Below, piece by piece: positions 51,779-62,961 of a stretch of 64,000 nt of DNA. The notes under the pieces were generated by a model, which was not told the origin of the DNA, did not search any database, and was given only the letters and a program-made list of their open reading frames with translations. The position numbers were made by a program, and so were the translations under genes. Location of the stretch: positions 128,001 through 192,000 of the forward strand of contig JASKLF010000001.1 of NCBI GenBank assembly GCA_030153785.1. Reading direction: 5' to 3'. Numbering within the stretch: the stretch's first letter is position 1; every line of letters starts with the position of its first letter. Origin of the DNA: a bacterium. GTDB lineage: Bacteria; Synergistota; GBS-1.

Positions 51779-53431
51779 TCACCTCCTCTCAAAGAGAAGC
51801 TGGGTGCGTACATAATCTTCCAGCATCACGATAGCTTTTCTCAATGCAACCCACTCTTCCGGGGAAAGATACTTCTTCTTGAGGCGAAAAGAATAACTAA
51901 GCTTTATCGTATTTCCCCTTCCCTCATAAAACCTTGAGGAAACAGAAAAAGCCTCCTCCTCTCTTGAAAAAGGCAAAGGCAAGGATACGACTCTCCATCG
52001 TCTTGGATATTTTAAGGTAATGGTGTGCTCAAATTTCCTTAAAAACTTTAAATCTATAGCTTCTTTCCTCTCCAAGGGCAAACCTAAGAACTCCAATGGA
52101 AAACTAAGGGACGGCAAACTTACAGCAATCCTCTTGCCAAAGCTATCCACATAAAGCTTGCTTTTGCCTTTAATTTCCTCAATGGAAATGGACCCTTTGT
52201 CCCCAAACCTAAGGTCCGTCACTCCATCAAGTTCAGAAAATCTCCTAATGTAGTTAGATAACCAGCCTTTTGAAATTACCTTCACACTGAAATCATAATC
52301 GCCTGTCTCAGAAAGATCTATAGACATATTTGCCTCTTCAGAGGAGAAAGATTCAGCAAGTATAGGAACGCTAACAAACTTAGCCTTGTTAAAAGAAAAG
52401 ATTATACCCTTGCTCCCTTGAAAATCAGGATGTATATAGCCTGGTGGTAAACCCAAGGCGTAAGGGTCAAGCCAGTAAGTTTTATCCTCAATTACCACTC
52501 TTATCAATGGATGACTTAAAAGGGAAGGAACGGGATACTTTTCATTTAAGGGCCATCGAGAAACCCAAACCATCTCGGGAGAAAGACCCACCTTTCGGAG
52601 AACGGAATAGATGAAATAAGAAAGATCAGAAGGGGTTACCTCCTTCCGATTCCAAATCCTCTCTAATGGAGAAAAAGCATATCCTTGATCGGCGAAACTC
52701 CATCCTTCCATAACTTTCTTTTCCGATAAAATTTTCCAAAGGAGTTCAAGCTTATCCCCTTTAGTAACTACCTTAGATAACTTTTCTTCAATCTCTTTCA
52801 AGGAAAACGCTTCCTCCCTAACTGCAAAGAGAGGAAAAGCCATGTTCCATGAAGATAAGGAAGTTATAAGAAGCGGTTCTCGCGGAGGAGAAAACGGTTC
52901 CGAAGCCGGTATTTCCCCTTTCTCAAAGGCTCCCTTCAAAAAGTTTTCGTTCGAAGAAAAACCACCTGCCGAGAAGATCTCCCATCTAACTTTATTCATC
53001 TCCATCCTATCGGGGTAAGGAAAGTAAAACCAAAAATAGGGAGGAAGGGCTCCTTTTTCCCCCAACCTAAAGGAAAGCTCTATTATATCGCCTGACCTAA
53101 CCCCCTCAAGGGAGGCCCTCTTTTCTATCAAGCTACCATAATCTTTAACATCCAAAGCTAATAGCTCAACTCTACCATCACTTCTTTTCAATCTAATCCG
53201 TTCAACTACCAAATTAGCCACTTCAGGGTTGTATCTCCAAACAATGGACTTAGAGAGACTAGAAGGATCCTCAACCTTTATCAATGCTTTGCTTTCCCAT
53301 ATAGTGTTACCCTTTACATCGACCCTGAGAGTATTTAAAGAAAATATATACGAATTAACCGCAAAGGAAACGGAAACAATACCCCATAAAATAAGGGCAC
53401 TAACTACAAAGACTAAAAAAATCCTCTTCAT
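51779..53431 (-). CDS. Secreted DUF3857/transglutaminase-like protein
   Basis: Signal peptide, GVRSGDIIE, SH..YWLDP core, DUF3858-like C-terminus. Confidence 0.55.
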   Translation of the reverse strand: MKRIFLVFVVSALILWGIVSVSFAVNSYIFSLNTLRVDVKGNTIWESKALIKVEDPSSLSKSIVWRYNPEVANLVVERIRLKRSDGRVELLALDVKDYGSLIEKRASLEGVRSGDIIELSFRLGEKGALPPYFWFYFPYPDRMEMNKVRWEIFSAGGFSSNENFLKGAFEKGEIPASEPFSPPREPLLITSLSSWNMAFPLFAVREEAFSLKEIEEKLSKVVTKGDKLELLWKILSEKKVMEGWSFADQGYAFSPLERIWNRKEVTPSDLSYFIYSVLRKVGLSPEMVWVSRWPLNEKYPVPSLLSHPLIRVVIEDKTYWLDPYALGLPPGYIHPDFQGSKGIIFSFNKAKFVSVPILAESFSSEEANMSIDLSETGDYDFSVKVISKGWLSNYIRRFSELDGVTDLRFGDKGSISIEEIKGKSKLYVDSFGKRIAVSLPSLSFPLEFLGLPLERKEAIDLKFLRKFEHTITLKYPRRWRVVSLPLPFSREEEAFSVSSRFYEGRGNTIKLSYSFRLKKKYLSPEEWVALRKAIVMLEDYVRTQLLFERR

Positions 53432-53435
53432 TTTA

Positions 53436-55997
53436 TCAGCCCTTTCTTCTCCTCTTCTTTTTCTTAGGTAAAGAAGCGGGAAGGTGGTCTCTAAAAACCC
53501 TTCTCTGTCTTTCTTGCGCAGGTGCTATCTCCACTCTAAAGAGATAGACAACAATTTCCTCCTTAATTCTGGCAATAAGTTCTTTAAATAGCTCAAAGGC
53601 TTCAAACTGATATTCCACAAGAGGATCTTTTTGTCCATAAGCTCTTAAGCTTATACCTTGACGAAGATGATCCAAGGATAAAAGATGCTCCTTCCATCTT
53701 GAGTCGATAACATGAAGCATTACAAGCTTCTCTAACTGTCTCATAGCTTCATGCCCAATTCTCTTCTCCTTCTCCTCATAAAACTCACGAACTTTTCTAA
53801 GAATCTTTTCCTTTATCTCTTCTCGACTACTTTCATAAACTTCCTCCTCGCTTAAATCAACAGTGAATGGAAACAAGGATTTTAACCTATGGATAAAGGC
53901 TTCTGCATCTCTCTCCTCTGGGCGCACCTCTTCTCCCACATAAGCATCAAAGAAGAGGTCCACTAAATCTTCTACCATCTTAAAGAGATGTTCTTTTAGA
54001 CTTTCAGCTTCAAGAACATACCTTCTTTCCTTATAAACCACTTCTCTCTGTCTATTCATAACATCGTCATAAGCCAATAAGTACTTTCTCGCCTCAAAGT
54101 GCATGCTCTCCACTTTCTTTTGAGCAGACTCTATTGCCTTAGTTAACCAAGGGTGCTCTATAGCCTCCCCTTCCTTCATGCCAAGCTTTTCCATTAAGGA
54201 AGATATCTTCTCAGAACCAAAAAGCCTAAGAAGATCATCCTCCAAAGACAGGTAAAATCGTGATGAGCCTGGATCCCCTTGCCTACCAGCTCTTCCTCTT
54301 AGCTGATTATCTATTCTTCTCGCTTCATGTCTCTCCGTGCCAATTATATGAAGTCCTCCAAGCTCCACTACCTTTTTATGCTCCTCATCTGTAATCTTCT
54401 TCCATTTTTCATATACCTTCTTCCACTCCTCGGGAGAAACCTCCTGAGGGTCTTTCCCCAGTTTCCTAAGCTCTTCCTTAGCAAGAAATTCAGGGTTGCC
54501 TCCCAATAGAATGTCTGTCCCCCTTCCAGCCATATTAGTAGCGATAGTGACCGCACCAAGCCTACCTGCCTGAGCAACTATTTGGGCTTCCCTTTCATGA
54601 TACTTAGCATTAAGAACTTGATGTGGTATCTTACGAACCTTAAGAAGCTTGGATAACCTTTCCGATTTTTCTATTGAGGTTGTCCCAACGAGAACGGGTC
54701 TACCTATCTTATAAAGCTCTTCTATCTCATCAGCAACCGCATTAAACTTCTCCCTCTCCGTTCTATAAATCACATCGGGATAGTCTATCCTAATCATCGG
54801 CTTATGAGTCGGAATAACAACCACATCAAGTCCATATATTTCCTTAAACTCCTCGGCCTCGGTTGCTGCCGTCCCAGTCATACCAGCAAGCTTCTCATAC
54901 ATCCTAAAATAGTTCTGGATGGTTATGGTAGCGAGAGTTTGCGTTTCACTCCTCACCCTTAGCCCCTCTTTAGCCTCTATAGCCTGATGAAGCCCGTCAC
55001 TATATCTTCTCCCAAACATCAACCTACCCGTAAATTCATCAACTATTATAACTTCTCCATCCTTGACGACATAATCCACATCTCTTTTAAACAAATAGTG
55101 AGCCCTTAAAGCCTGAATAAGCTTATGGGCCAGCTCGCTATTTAAATCGTCATATAAGCTTTTGACCCCAAGAAGCTTCTCGGCCTTTTCTATTCCTTTC
55201 TCCGTTAAAACTACATTTCTCTCCTTTTCGTTAACCTCAAAGTCCTCTCCCATCTTTAAAAACTTTACTATATTATTAACCCTATAGTAAACGCTTGGGT
55301 CATCTTCTGATGGACCGGATATTATCAAAGGAGTCCTTGCCTCGTCTATGAGAATACAGTCAACCTCATCAACTATGGCATAGTAATGACCCCGCTGAAC
55401 CACATCCTCTAAGGAATAAGCCATATTATCTCTCAAATAGTCAAATCCAAACTCGCTATTCGTTCCGTAAGTAATATCAGCTTGATAAGCTTTCTTCCTC
55501 TCATCGAAAGGCATACCGTTATAGAGATATGCCACGCTAAGGCCCAAAAATCTATAAATGGGACCCATCCATTCGGTGTCTCTTTTAGCAAGATAATCGT
55601 TAACAGTTACTACATGAACCCCCTTACCCAAAAGGGCATTAAGATAAACAGGGAGAGTGGCAACGAGCGTCTTTCCCTCTCCCGTTTTCATCTCCGCTAT
55701 TTTCCCCTCATGTAAAACTATTCCACCCATAAGCTGAACATCGAAATGTCGTAAACCTATAGTCCTCTTAGCAACCTCCCTAACTACCGCAAAGGCCTCT
55801 ATTAAAATATCGTCAAGGGTTGCCCCTCGCGACAATCTCTCCTTAAATTCCACGGTTTTAGAAGCAAGCTCTTCGTCAGAAAGGTTTTCCATCTCCGGCT
55901 CGAGCTCATTTATTCTCGCAACTATTTTGCTTAACCTTTTAAGCTCTCTTTCGTTGGGATCAAGACCTAGAACCTTTTTAATTACCCCTATAACCAA
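53436..55997 (-). CDS. secA: Preprotein translocase SecA
   Basis: [39 protein letters not shown]. Confidence 0.98.
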   Translation of the reverse strand: MVIGVIKKVLGLDPNERELKRLSKIVARINELEPEMENLSDEELASKTVEFKERLSRGATLDDILIEAFAVVREVAKRTIGLRHFDVQLMGGIVLHEGKIAEMKTGEGKTLVATLPVYLNALLGKGVHVVTVNDYLAKRDTEWMGPIYRFLGLSVAYLYNGMPFDERKKAYQADITYGTNSEFGFDYLRDNMAYSLEDVVQRGHYYAIVDEVDCILIDEARTPLIISGPSEDDPSVYYRVNNIVKFLKMGEDFEVNEKERNVVLTEKGIEKAEKLLGVKSLYDDLNSELAHKLIQALRAHYLFKRDVDYVVKDGEVIIVDEFTGRLMFGRRYSDGLHQAIEAKEGLRVRSETQTLATITIQNYFRMYEKLAGMTGTAATEAEEFKEIYGLDVVVIPTHKPMIRIDYPDVIYRTEREKFNAVADEIEELYKIGRPVLVGTTSIEKSERLSKLLKVRKIPHQVLNAKYHEREAQIVAQAGRLGAVTIATNMAGRGTDILLGGNPEFLAKEELRKLGKDPQEVSPEEWKKVYEKWKKITDEEHKKVVELGGLHIIGTERHEARRIDNQLRGRAGRQGDPGSSRFYLSLEDDLLRLFGSEKISSLMEKLGMKEGEAIEHPWLTKAIESAQKKVESMHFEARKYLLAYDDVMNRQREVVYKERRYVLEAESLKEHLFKMVEDLVDLFFDAYVGEEVRPEERDAEAFIHRLKSLFPFTVDLSEEEVYESSREEIKEKILRKVREFYEEKEKRIGHEAMRQLEKLVMLHVIDSRWKEHLLSLDHLRQGISLRAYGQKDPLVEYQFEAFELFKELIARIKEEIVVYLFRVEIAPAQERQRRVFRDHLPASLPKKKKRRRKG

Positions 55998-55999
55998 GC

Positions 56000-56638
56000 C
56001 TAAAGCGCCTCCTCCATGAAACCATTAAAATAGTGAAGATGGCATGTATCGTTAAGCTTTCTCAAGCAAAAACCTCTATCCCCGCTAAGGCTTTCCAGAA
56101 CAGAAAGGGATGCATTATCCTGCCTAAACTTCCAATAACAAGATAAGGGAAGACCAAGGAGGCGGCATATGATAACCTTGTTGACACCCCCATGTCCTAC
56201 TATTAACACCGTTCGGTCATTATAGTTACTAACAAGAAAATCCAAAAACGGGCTTACCCTGCTTAAAACCATAGATAAAGTTTCACCAGATGGAATAATG
56301 GTTTTCTCTGGAGCTCTCCTCCATTCTTCAAATAACCCAGGATACCTATCTTTAACCTCCTCCACGAGCAAACCTTCCCACTCTCCAAAGTGGATCTCCC
56401 TGAGCTCTTCCCTGACGAATATAGGAGCTCTCGTTTTTAAGCTAATCATCTTTGCCGTATCAAGGGCTCTCCTTAACGGGCTTGAAAAAATTAGGTCCAC
56501 CTTTTTAGTAGAGAGAAACTCTCCAAGTAGATACGCCTGACGCAGTCCCCTATCATTTAGAGGTATATCCATTTTGCCTTGATATTTACCTTCTCGGTTC
56601 CAATCCGTCTCACCGTGTCTAACTATCATCAACTTCAT
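56000..56638 (-). CDS. Histidine phosphatase family protein (putative phosphoserine phosphatase)
   Basis: RHGET, SSPLRRA, GHGG; coupled to serA. Confidence 0.85.
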   Translation of the reverse strand: MKLMIVRHGETDWNREGKYQGKMDIPLNDRGLRQAYLLGEFLSTKKVDLIFSSPLRRALDTAKMISLKTRAPIFVREELREIHFGEWEGLLVEEVKDRYPGLFEEWRRAPEKTIIPSGETLSMVLSRVSPFLDFLVSNYNDRTVLIVGHGGVNKVIICRLLGLPLSCYWKFRQDNASLSVLESLSGDRGFCLRKLNDTCHLHYFNGFMEEAL

Positions 56639-58218
56639 AGGGATATGAAATCCACCCTCTCAAAACCTTCTATAGTTTTTATCTTATCCAAAACTTCGGG
56701 AGGAACAGGCTCATCAACGCACAGCGTCATAACCGCTTCGCCCCTTATCTCTTTCCTCCCCACATACATGTTGGCAATATTTATGTTGTTCTCTCCGAGT
56801 ATGCTTCCTATCTTCCCTATCATTCCCGGCCTATCGTGATGCCTTGTAAGAATTATGTTACCCTTCGGCTCCACATCCACTCTAAAGCCATCTATTTCTA
56901 CTATTTTGGGTATATTTCTGCCTACTAACGTCCCTGCCATTTCATAATACTCCTTCCCCACCTTAACTTCAACCCTGACTAAGTTTGTAAATTCTCCCTC
57001 TCTTTCCTCTATCGATTCTGTAACCGTTATTCCCCTCTCTTTCGCCATGCAAACCGCATTTATGTAGTTAACAGGCTCACCCAAAACAGGATCAAGTATG
57101 CCCTTAACGAAGGCCGCGGTTATGAGCGAATAGGGCAACTCCACAACATCTCCTATATAGGTCAATCTTATCTCATCGACAGGTCTCCTTATCCACTGGC
57201 CCATAAACTGTCCCATCTTTTCAGAAAGATAAAGATAGGGCTTAAGATAGGCGTAAAGCTCTGGCGGCATAGAAGGCATATTTATGGAAGATCTTACAGG
57301 GCCACCCTGTAAAGCCATCCAAATTTCTTCCACCACTTCAATGGCAACTTTATGCTGAGCCTCATAAGTCGCTGAACCAAGGTGAGGTGTGGCTATAACC
57401 TGAGGCAACTTAGCTAAAGACCAATCAGTCGGAGGTTCAGTTTCATGAACATCTAAAGCGGCACCAGCTATATGACCGTCAACTATGGCCTTATAAAGAG
57501 CACTACCCTTGATTACCTTACCTCTAGAACAGTTGATTATAAAGGCTCCCTTTTTCATCATCCTAAGTTCTCTTTCAGCTATCATATATCTTGTTTCTTC
57601 AGTAAGCGGAACGTGAAGCGTTAATATGTCAACTTGGGGGAGAAGGTCTTCCAAGGAAGGAAGAAGCTTCACATTATATTTCTCCACGTCCTCCTGCCTT
57701 ATGTAAGGATCGTATCCTAAAATTTGCATGCCGAAAGCATTGGCTCTTATGGCAACTTGTCTACCTATCCTCCCCACCCCTATAATTCCTAAAACCTTGC
57801 CGTATAACTCTGTCCCCAAAAGCTCTCTTTTTCTCCATTGTTCCTTCTTCATGTAAGAGTCAGCCAACGGAATTTTTCTCAAAAGAGCAAGCATGAGCCC
57901 CATAGTAAGCTCTGCTGTAGAAATCATATAACCATAGGGAGCATTAAGCACCAAAACCCCATACCTTGTAGCCGCATCAGTATCTATATTGTCAAATCCT
58001 ACCCCAGCTCTACCAACAACCTTAAGCCTTGGAACGCCACGAGCTATAACCTCTTCTGTCACCTTAGTATTAGTCCTGACTATGAGAGCATCAAACTCGC
58101 CAACTCTCTCTAACAGCTCCTCATAGCTTGGACGACTATATTCAACCTCCGCTCCCCTTCCCCTAAGCCATTCAAGTCCAATCTCGTCAAGATCCTCAGT
58201 CACCCATATCCTATACAC
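56635..58218 (-). CDS. serA: D-3-phosphoglycerate dehydrogenase (type I, ASB+ACT)
   Basis: RAGVGFDNID, GVGRIG, TPHLGSAT, HHDRPGMIG. Confidence 0.95.
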   Translation of the reverse strand: MYRIWVTEDLDEIGLEWLRGRGAEVEYSRPSYEELLERVGEFDALIVRTNTKVTEEVIARGVPRLKVVGRAGVGFDNIDTDAATRYGVLVLNAPYGYMISTAELTMGLMLALLRKIPLADSYMKKEQWRKRELLGTELYGKVLGIIGVGRIGRQVAIRANAFGMQILGYDPYIRQEDVEKYNVKLLPSLEDLLPQVDILTLHVPLTEETRYMIAERELRMMKKGAFIINCSRGKVIKGSALYKAIVDGHIAGAALDVHETEPPTDWSLAKLPQVIATPHLGSATYEAQHKVAIEVVEEIWMALQGGPVRSSINMPSMPPELYAYLKPYLYLSEKMGQFMGQWIRRPVDEIRLTYIGDVVELPYSLITAAFVKGILDPVLGEPVNYINAVCMAKERGITVTESIEEREGEFTNLVRVEVKVGKEYYEMAGTLVGRNIPKIVEIDGFRVDVEPKGNIILTRHHDRPGMIGKIGSILGENNINIANMYVGRKEIRGEAVMTLCVDEPVPPEVLDKIKTIEGFERVDFISL

Positions 58219-59296
58219 TCTCTATTACCTCCTTCAAAGCATTTAAAAAGATTACTATATCGTTTTTACTAACATTGCCCATATGAGCAACCCTAAAAAC
58301 CTTATCTTTAAGAGGCCCCATACCACCAGCAACTATGACTCCTTTACTTTCAAGGGCCTTCTTTATCTTAGAAGGTGACATTCCTTGTGGAACTTTAACA
58401 GCAGTAACGGTAGGAGAGGCAAATTCCTCCTTAGGAAGGATATCCATTCCCATCGCTCTTAAACCTTCTCTCAAAAATCGAGCAAGTTCTCTGTGTCTAT
58501 CCCAAGAGTTCTCGAGTCCCTCCTCAAGAAGAAGGGTTAAAGCCCTATCAAGGGCATAAAGTATGCTTATAGCCGGAGTATAGGGAGTCTGGCTTGGAGA
58601 CTTATTAAGAAATTCATCTGCAAGCTTGATATCCCAATAGTAACTGGAAGACGTCAAAGTTAAAGCTTTATTGAAGGCTCTCTCGCCTAAGGCAACCAAA
58701 GCTAAACCGGGTGGGGACATCAAAGCCTTTTGAGAGGCCGTCATAACAGCATCCAAACCCCACCTGTCCATCTTTAAAGGAGCTCCCCCAAGAGAGCTTA
58801 CCGCGTCAACACATATCAGGGTATCGGGGGAAAGACTCCTGATAAGCGAAACCGCCTCCTCAAGAGGATTTAATACTCCCGTAGAAGTCTCGTTATGCGT
58901 CAATAACACCCCAGCATACCTCTTGCTTTTAACCTTCTCCTCCAACAAATTAAGATCCCAAGGTTCACCATAAGGAAATTGTAGAACATCCACATTTAAG
59001 TTTTTCCTCTGAGCTATTTCCGCCCATCTCTCTGCGAAAGAACCATTAGAAAGAGACAATATCTCCTCTCCCGCGGAGAAAAGATTAGAAACCGCACATT
59101 CAAGAGCTCCCGTGCCAGTTCCTGGAAATATATAAACGGGTCTTGAAGTCATAAAAACCCTCTTAAGTTTAAACTGAAGTCTATCCAACAACTCGCCGAA
59201 AGCATGTCCCCTATGGTCTATCATGTCTTTAAACATGGAAGCTCTAACTTCTTCGGGAAGAGGAGTAGGCCCAGGAATAAGAAGCACCTCTTTCAT
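58211..59296 (-). CDS. Class V PLP aminotransferase (AGAT/SgaA-like; putative phosphoserine aminotransferase)
   Basis: IPGPT, HNETSTG, DAVSS, SQKAL, RVAHMG. Confidence 0.88.
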   Translation of the reverse strand: MKEVLLIPGPTPLPEEVRASMFKDMIDHRGHAFGELLDRLQFKLKRVFMTSRPVYIFPGTGTGALECAVSNLFSAGEEILSLSNGSFAERWAEIAQRKNLNVDVLQFPYGEPWDLNLLEEKVKSKRYAGVLLTHNETSTGVLNPLEEAVSLIRSLSPDTLICVDAVSSLGGAPLKMDRWGLDAVMTASQKALMSPPGLALVALGERAFNKALTLTSSSYYWDIKLADEFLNKSPSQTPYTPAISILYALDRALTLLLEEGLENSWDRHRELARFLREGLRAMGMDILPKEEFASPTVTAVKVPQGMSPSKIKKALESKGVIVAGGMGPLKDKVFRVAHMGNVSKNDIVIFLNALKEVIESV

Positions 59297-59307
59297 CGCT
59301 ACACCTC

Positions 59308-59835
59308 CTAAAGAGCAGGTTCTATTAAACCGTAATTTCCATCTTTTCTTCTATAAACCACATTAACCTGATTAGTTTCCGCATTTAAAAACACAAAGAA
59401 ATCGTGACCTAAAAGATCCATCTGCATTATAGCTTCTTCAGGAAACATGGGTTTAAGCTGAAATCTTTTAACTTTAACTATCTTGGGTTCCTCTTCAGGA
59501 TGTTCCTCTAAAAGAGGAGCAACCTCCTCATGGGGAATATTGACTTTGTATTTCCTCGAAAGTCTATCTTTAAACCTCCTCAACTGCTTTTCTATCTTGT
59601 CAATAGCAAAATCCAAAGCTGCCTGAAAATTTTCTGCTCTCTCTACCCCTCTAAGGATAACTCCATTTGCATCAAGAGTTATTTCTACCTGAGGAGCATT
59701 CCCCTCCATCTCAAAAACAACACTGGCATCAAGAATCCTGTCAAAATAGCGAGTCATCTTAGAAAGTTTCTTTTCCGCATACTCCTTGAGGAAATCCGTA
59801 ACATCCACACCTCTTCCAGTTATTCTGACCTGCAT
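59308..59835 (-). CDS. hpf: Long hibernation-promoting factor
   Basis: S30AE N-domain + KPMFPEEAIMQMDLLGHDFF..YRRKDGNYGLIEP. Confidence 0.94.
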   Translation of the reverse strand: MQVRITGRGVDVTDFLKEYAEKKLSKMTRYFDRILDASVVFEMEGNAPQVEITLDANGVILRGVERAENFQAALDFAIDKIEKQLRRFKDRLSRKYKVNIPHEEVAPLLEEHPEEEPKIVKVKRFQLKPMFPEEAIMQMDLLGHDFFVFLNAETNQVNVVYRRKDGNYGLIEPAL

Positions 59836-59919
59836 TTAAATTCCCTCCTTCCAGCTTCAGGAGACCTTCCAAAAGTTTATATGATAGTATACCATAAAAG
59901 GGCAATTATTTTGAAGTCT

Positions 59920-59948
59920 TTGCTCAAAATTGTCTCCCATGGTAAGAT
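59920..59948 (+). promoter_or_regulatory. sigma70 promoter of the lysO pair
   Basis: TTGCTC-17-TAAGAT with extended TG. Confidence 0.5.
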
Positions 59949-59985
59949 AATGTAGACTCACTTATAAACTTGGAGGTGAAGTCCG

Positions 59986-60255
59986 ATGGACATAGCCTTA
60001 TTTGCATCAATGCTACTTTTAGGAATGCTGATAGGCAAGAAAAACTTAGCTCCAAAATGGTTAATAAGAAATTCCGATAAAGCTTTGACTATCACCATCT
60101 ATGTACTTATCTTCCTGATAGGCCTCGAGATAGGTTCTTATAAAGAGATTTTGTCTAACTTAGGAAACATAGGAATAAAAGCTGTTCTTATAGCCTTTTT
60201 TTCAACTACCCTAAGCGCATATCTAACTAAGGTATTAAGCGAAAGGAGGTTTTGA
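59986..60255 (+). CDS. LysO family transporter, small subunit
   Basis: LIFLIGLEIG motif, 3 TM segments. Confidence 0.72.
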   Translation: MDIALFASMLLLGMLIGKKNLAPKWLIRNSDKALTITIYVLIFLIGLEIGSYKEILSNLGNIGIKAVLIAFFSTTLSAYLTKVLSERRF

Positions 60256-60256
60256 A

Positions 60257-60874
60257 TTGAACTTTAAACCTCTACTGATACTTTTCATGGGGATAGCCAT
60301 AGGATACCTGAACCCTTTCCAGGAAAACATGAACGAGTTAAATTCTACAGCTATAAAGTTAGCTCTTCTATGCCTATTCTTAACGATAGGAGTCGACATG
60401 GGGAAAGACCCCAAACTATGGGATAGCATAAAGCTCTTAAAAAGAGAAACGTTCATGATAGCTTCGGCAGGATTGTTAGGAAGTCTATTAGGGGGAGCAA
60501 TAGCCTCTCTGCTCTCCAATACCCCCCTTTCTACCAGCCTGGCATCAGCAGCTGGAAGCGGATATTACAGCATTACAACGCTCATGCTAAAAGAAGTTGG
60601 AGGAGCAGAACAAGCCCTCATCGGCTTTATATCTAACCTCATAAGAGAACTACTGGTAATAGTAGGTATGCCTCTAATCGTTAAAATCTTTGGAAGAGCA
60701 GGTGCAGTTGCAGCTGCAGGGGCAACCGCAATGGATACCTCTTTACCATTTGTAATAAAGAGTGCCGGCAAAGAGATAGGTATACTTTCTTTTGCCTCAG
60801 GCGTGGTAATCTCCATCCTCGTCCCCTTTTTGGTCCCAACAATATACAGGATTTTATCAAATTTGGGCTGGTGA
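60257..60874 (+). CDS. Lysine exporter LysO family protein
   Basis: GSGYYS, SNLIRELL, GATAMDTSLP. Confidence 0.85.
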   Translation: MNFKPLLILFMGIAIGYLNPFQENMNELNSTAIKLALLCLFLTIGVDMGKDPKLWDSIKLLKRETFMIASAGLLGSLLGGAIASLLSNTPLSTSLASAAGSGYYSITTLMLKEVGGAEQALIGFISNLIRELLVIVGMPLIVKIFGRAGAVAAAGATAMDTSLPFVIKSAGKEIGILSFASGVVISILVPFLVPTIYRILSNLGW

Positions 60875-60920
60875 ACTAACAAAAACTCCTGCTATCCATC
60901 TTAATCTCGCTTTCTCTTTA

Positions 60921-60949
60921 TTGACCGACTGGTCAGCCTATGGTAATAT
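60921..60949 (+). promoter_or_regulatory. Promoter with overlapping TetR-type operator
   Basis: TTGACC-17-TAATAT; palindrome TGACC-GACT-GGTCA at 60922-60935. Confidence 0.7.
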
Positions 60950-60980
60950 TGCTCAAGCAACATGTCAACCTGAAAGGGGT

Positions 60981-61640
60981 GTGATAAAAATTACGAAAAG
61001 AAAAGGTACAAGTAAAAAAGATTTAACCAGAGAAAAAATTCTGAACGCCGCATTGGAATGTTTCGCCGAAAAGGGTTATAAGGAAACGACTGTAGATGAG
61101 ATAGCAAAAAGAGCCAACGTAAGCAAGGGTAATATTTATTGGCATTTTAAAAGCAAGCTTGAAATATTTAGGGAGGTCATAAAAGAGGAGGCAAAAAAAA
61201 TCCACAAGATCATAGAGGAAGAAGAAAACGACTCTCTCCCTTTAAATGAACTTTGGAAAAGAAAGACTGAGAAGGCTTTCGCAATCGTTAAAAAGCTTGA
61301 AAAACAGTTCAAGGTTTTCTATGAAGTAGCCTTTAGGGCGTGGAAAGCGGAAGAATCTAAGAATTTCTTTTTCGAAATAGAAAAGGAAAATATGGATAAA
61401 CATACAAAAATTCTCCAAAGAGAGCTTCAGGCAAGAAATCTAAAACTATCAAAAGATGATATCGAAAAAATCGCTAAGCTCCAAACCCTTTTCCATCAAG
61501 CCATCGCATTTAGAATATTAATATTTCAGGAAGATAATGAATCTTGGAAGGAACTAAAAGAACTGATATTCCTATTTATCGATATCCTATCCTTTTATAT
61601 CGTTAAAAGGGGTGAGAAAGTTGAAGAGGGAACGGCATAG
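60981..61640 (+). CDS. TetR/AcrR family regulator (start probably GTG 60981)
   Basis: ILNAALECFAEKGYKETTVDEIAKRANVSKGNIYWHFKSK HTH. Confidence 0.9.
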   Translation: MIKITKRKGTSKKDLTREKILNAALECFAEKGYKETTVDEIAKRANVSKGNIYWHFKSKLEIFREVIKEEAKKIHKIIEEEENDSLPLNELWKRKTEKAFAIVKKLEKQFKVFYEVAFRAWKAEESKNFFFEIEKENMDKHTKILQRELQARNLKLSKDDIEKIAKLQTLFHQAIAFRILIFQEDNESWKELKELIFLFIDILSFYIVKRGEKVEEGTA

Positions 61641-62961
61641 CATAATAATACTCGTCTTAAGCGTAATCGTCCTTTTCTGCACATTACAGCCATCGATCGC
61701 TCATGGAAAGACGGTAACTCTTGAAGAGGCTATAAAAATAGCTATTCAAAACAATCCTGCGATAAAGGAAGCAGAAGCTAAGGTAAGACAAGCAGGGGGC
61801 GACCTTCAAACCGCTAAAGCAGGCCTCGTTCCAAAGCTAAGGTTAGAATCTTCCTATGTGAGGATAAACGAGGAAAGGGCTATCCCCGTAATGGCCTTTC
61901 AAAATGGAACTCCGGTAGAACTCTTCTCGATACCGCTGGCCCTTGAAGACACCTTTTCACTGGCGGTTAAACTTGAATGGCTTATATGGGGGGGAGGAAA
62001 AGTAAGAGCTACAATTAAAGCCTTAGAACACGGCCTAAGGGTAGCCCAAGCGAATCTCGAAGCAACAAAGAATAATGTAATTCACGAAACGGAAAAAGCC
62101 TACTACTCCGTCCTTAAAGCCAAAGCATATATGAAATTAATGGAAGACATGGTAAACCTTCTTGAAGCCCACCAGAATAGGGTTAAAAAGCTTTATGAAA
62201 GAGGAATGGTTCCAAAATCAGACCTCCTCAGAATTGGGGTTGAACTTTCAAATACCAGATTATCCTATTTTAAAGCCCAAAACGCTTTCAAGCTGGCAAA
62301 GGCATCTTTAAAAACAACCTTGGGAATAGAAGAAGAGTTAGAACCAGAAGAGATTTCCTTTAAACCCAAATTCGAGCTCCAAGATTTAAGCTTTTATCTC
62401 CAAATAGCTAAAAATAAACGTGCAGAGCTTCTCGCCATCCAAAGAGCCGTAGCGCAAGCCGAAAGCTATATAAAAGCAGCCACAGGGAACTTAAAACCAA
62501 GCTATATCTTCTCTGCAAAGTATGAAAAGACGGACTCGAGCTTCCCCCCGCAAGAGGAAAACTGGAATATCGCTTTAGCAATACAATGGAACTTATTTGA
62601 CGGAGGAGAAGCAAAGGGCAATATAGAAAAAGCAAAGGGGATAAAAGATGAACTTTTAGCTACATACAAAAAGGTGGAGGACAATATATCTTTGGGGGTT
62701 GAGAACGCCTATCTTAACCTGAGGTCTGCTCTTGAAAGATTGGAGGTTGCGGAAAAGGAAGTGGAAAGTGCAAAGGTGGATTACGAAATGATGCTTAAAA
62801 GATATAATGCACAGGTTGCATCAATAATAGACGTTCTGGATGCCCAAACGGCATTAAAGGAAGCCAGAACACATCTTATAGATGCCCTGTACGATGTTTG
62901 GATATCTTGGTCAGACTTAAGATATAACTGTGGATACGAGGTGATGAAATATGAGAAGTAA
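61621..62961 (+). CDS. TolC family outer-membrane efflux protein
   Basis: Signal peptide, TLEEAIKIAIQNNP, WNLFDGG, DVLDAQ. Confidence 0.88.
   Translation: MKRERHSIIILVLSVIVLFCTLQPSIAHGKTVTLEEAIKIAIQNNPAIKEAEAKVRQAGGDLQTAKAGLVPKLRLESSYVRINEERAIPVMAFQNGTPVELFSIPLALEDTFSLAVKLEWLIWGGGKVRATIKALEHGLRVAQANLEATKNNVIHETEKAYYSVLKAKAYMKLMEDMVNLLEAHQNRVKKLYERGMVPKSDLLRIGVELSNTRLSYFKAQNAFKLAKASLKTTLGIEEELEPEEISFKPKFELQDLSFYLQIAKNKRAELLAIQRAVAQAESYIKAATGNLKPSYIFSAKYEKTDSSFPPQEENWNIALAIQWNLFDGGEAKGNIEKAKGIKDELLATYKKVEDNISLGVENAYLNLRSALERLEVAEKEVESAKVDYEMMLKRYNAQVASIIDVLDAQTALKEARTHLIDALYDVWISWSDLRYNCGYEVMKYEK

Noticed and set aside
59986..60874. Split lysO as a frameshift pseudogene
   Set aside because: Each part has its own RBS and start codon; the two-gene form is common for this family.
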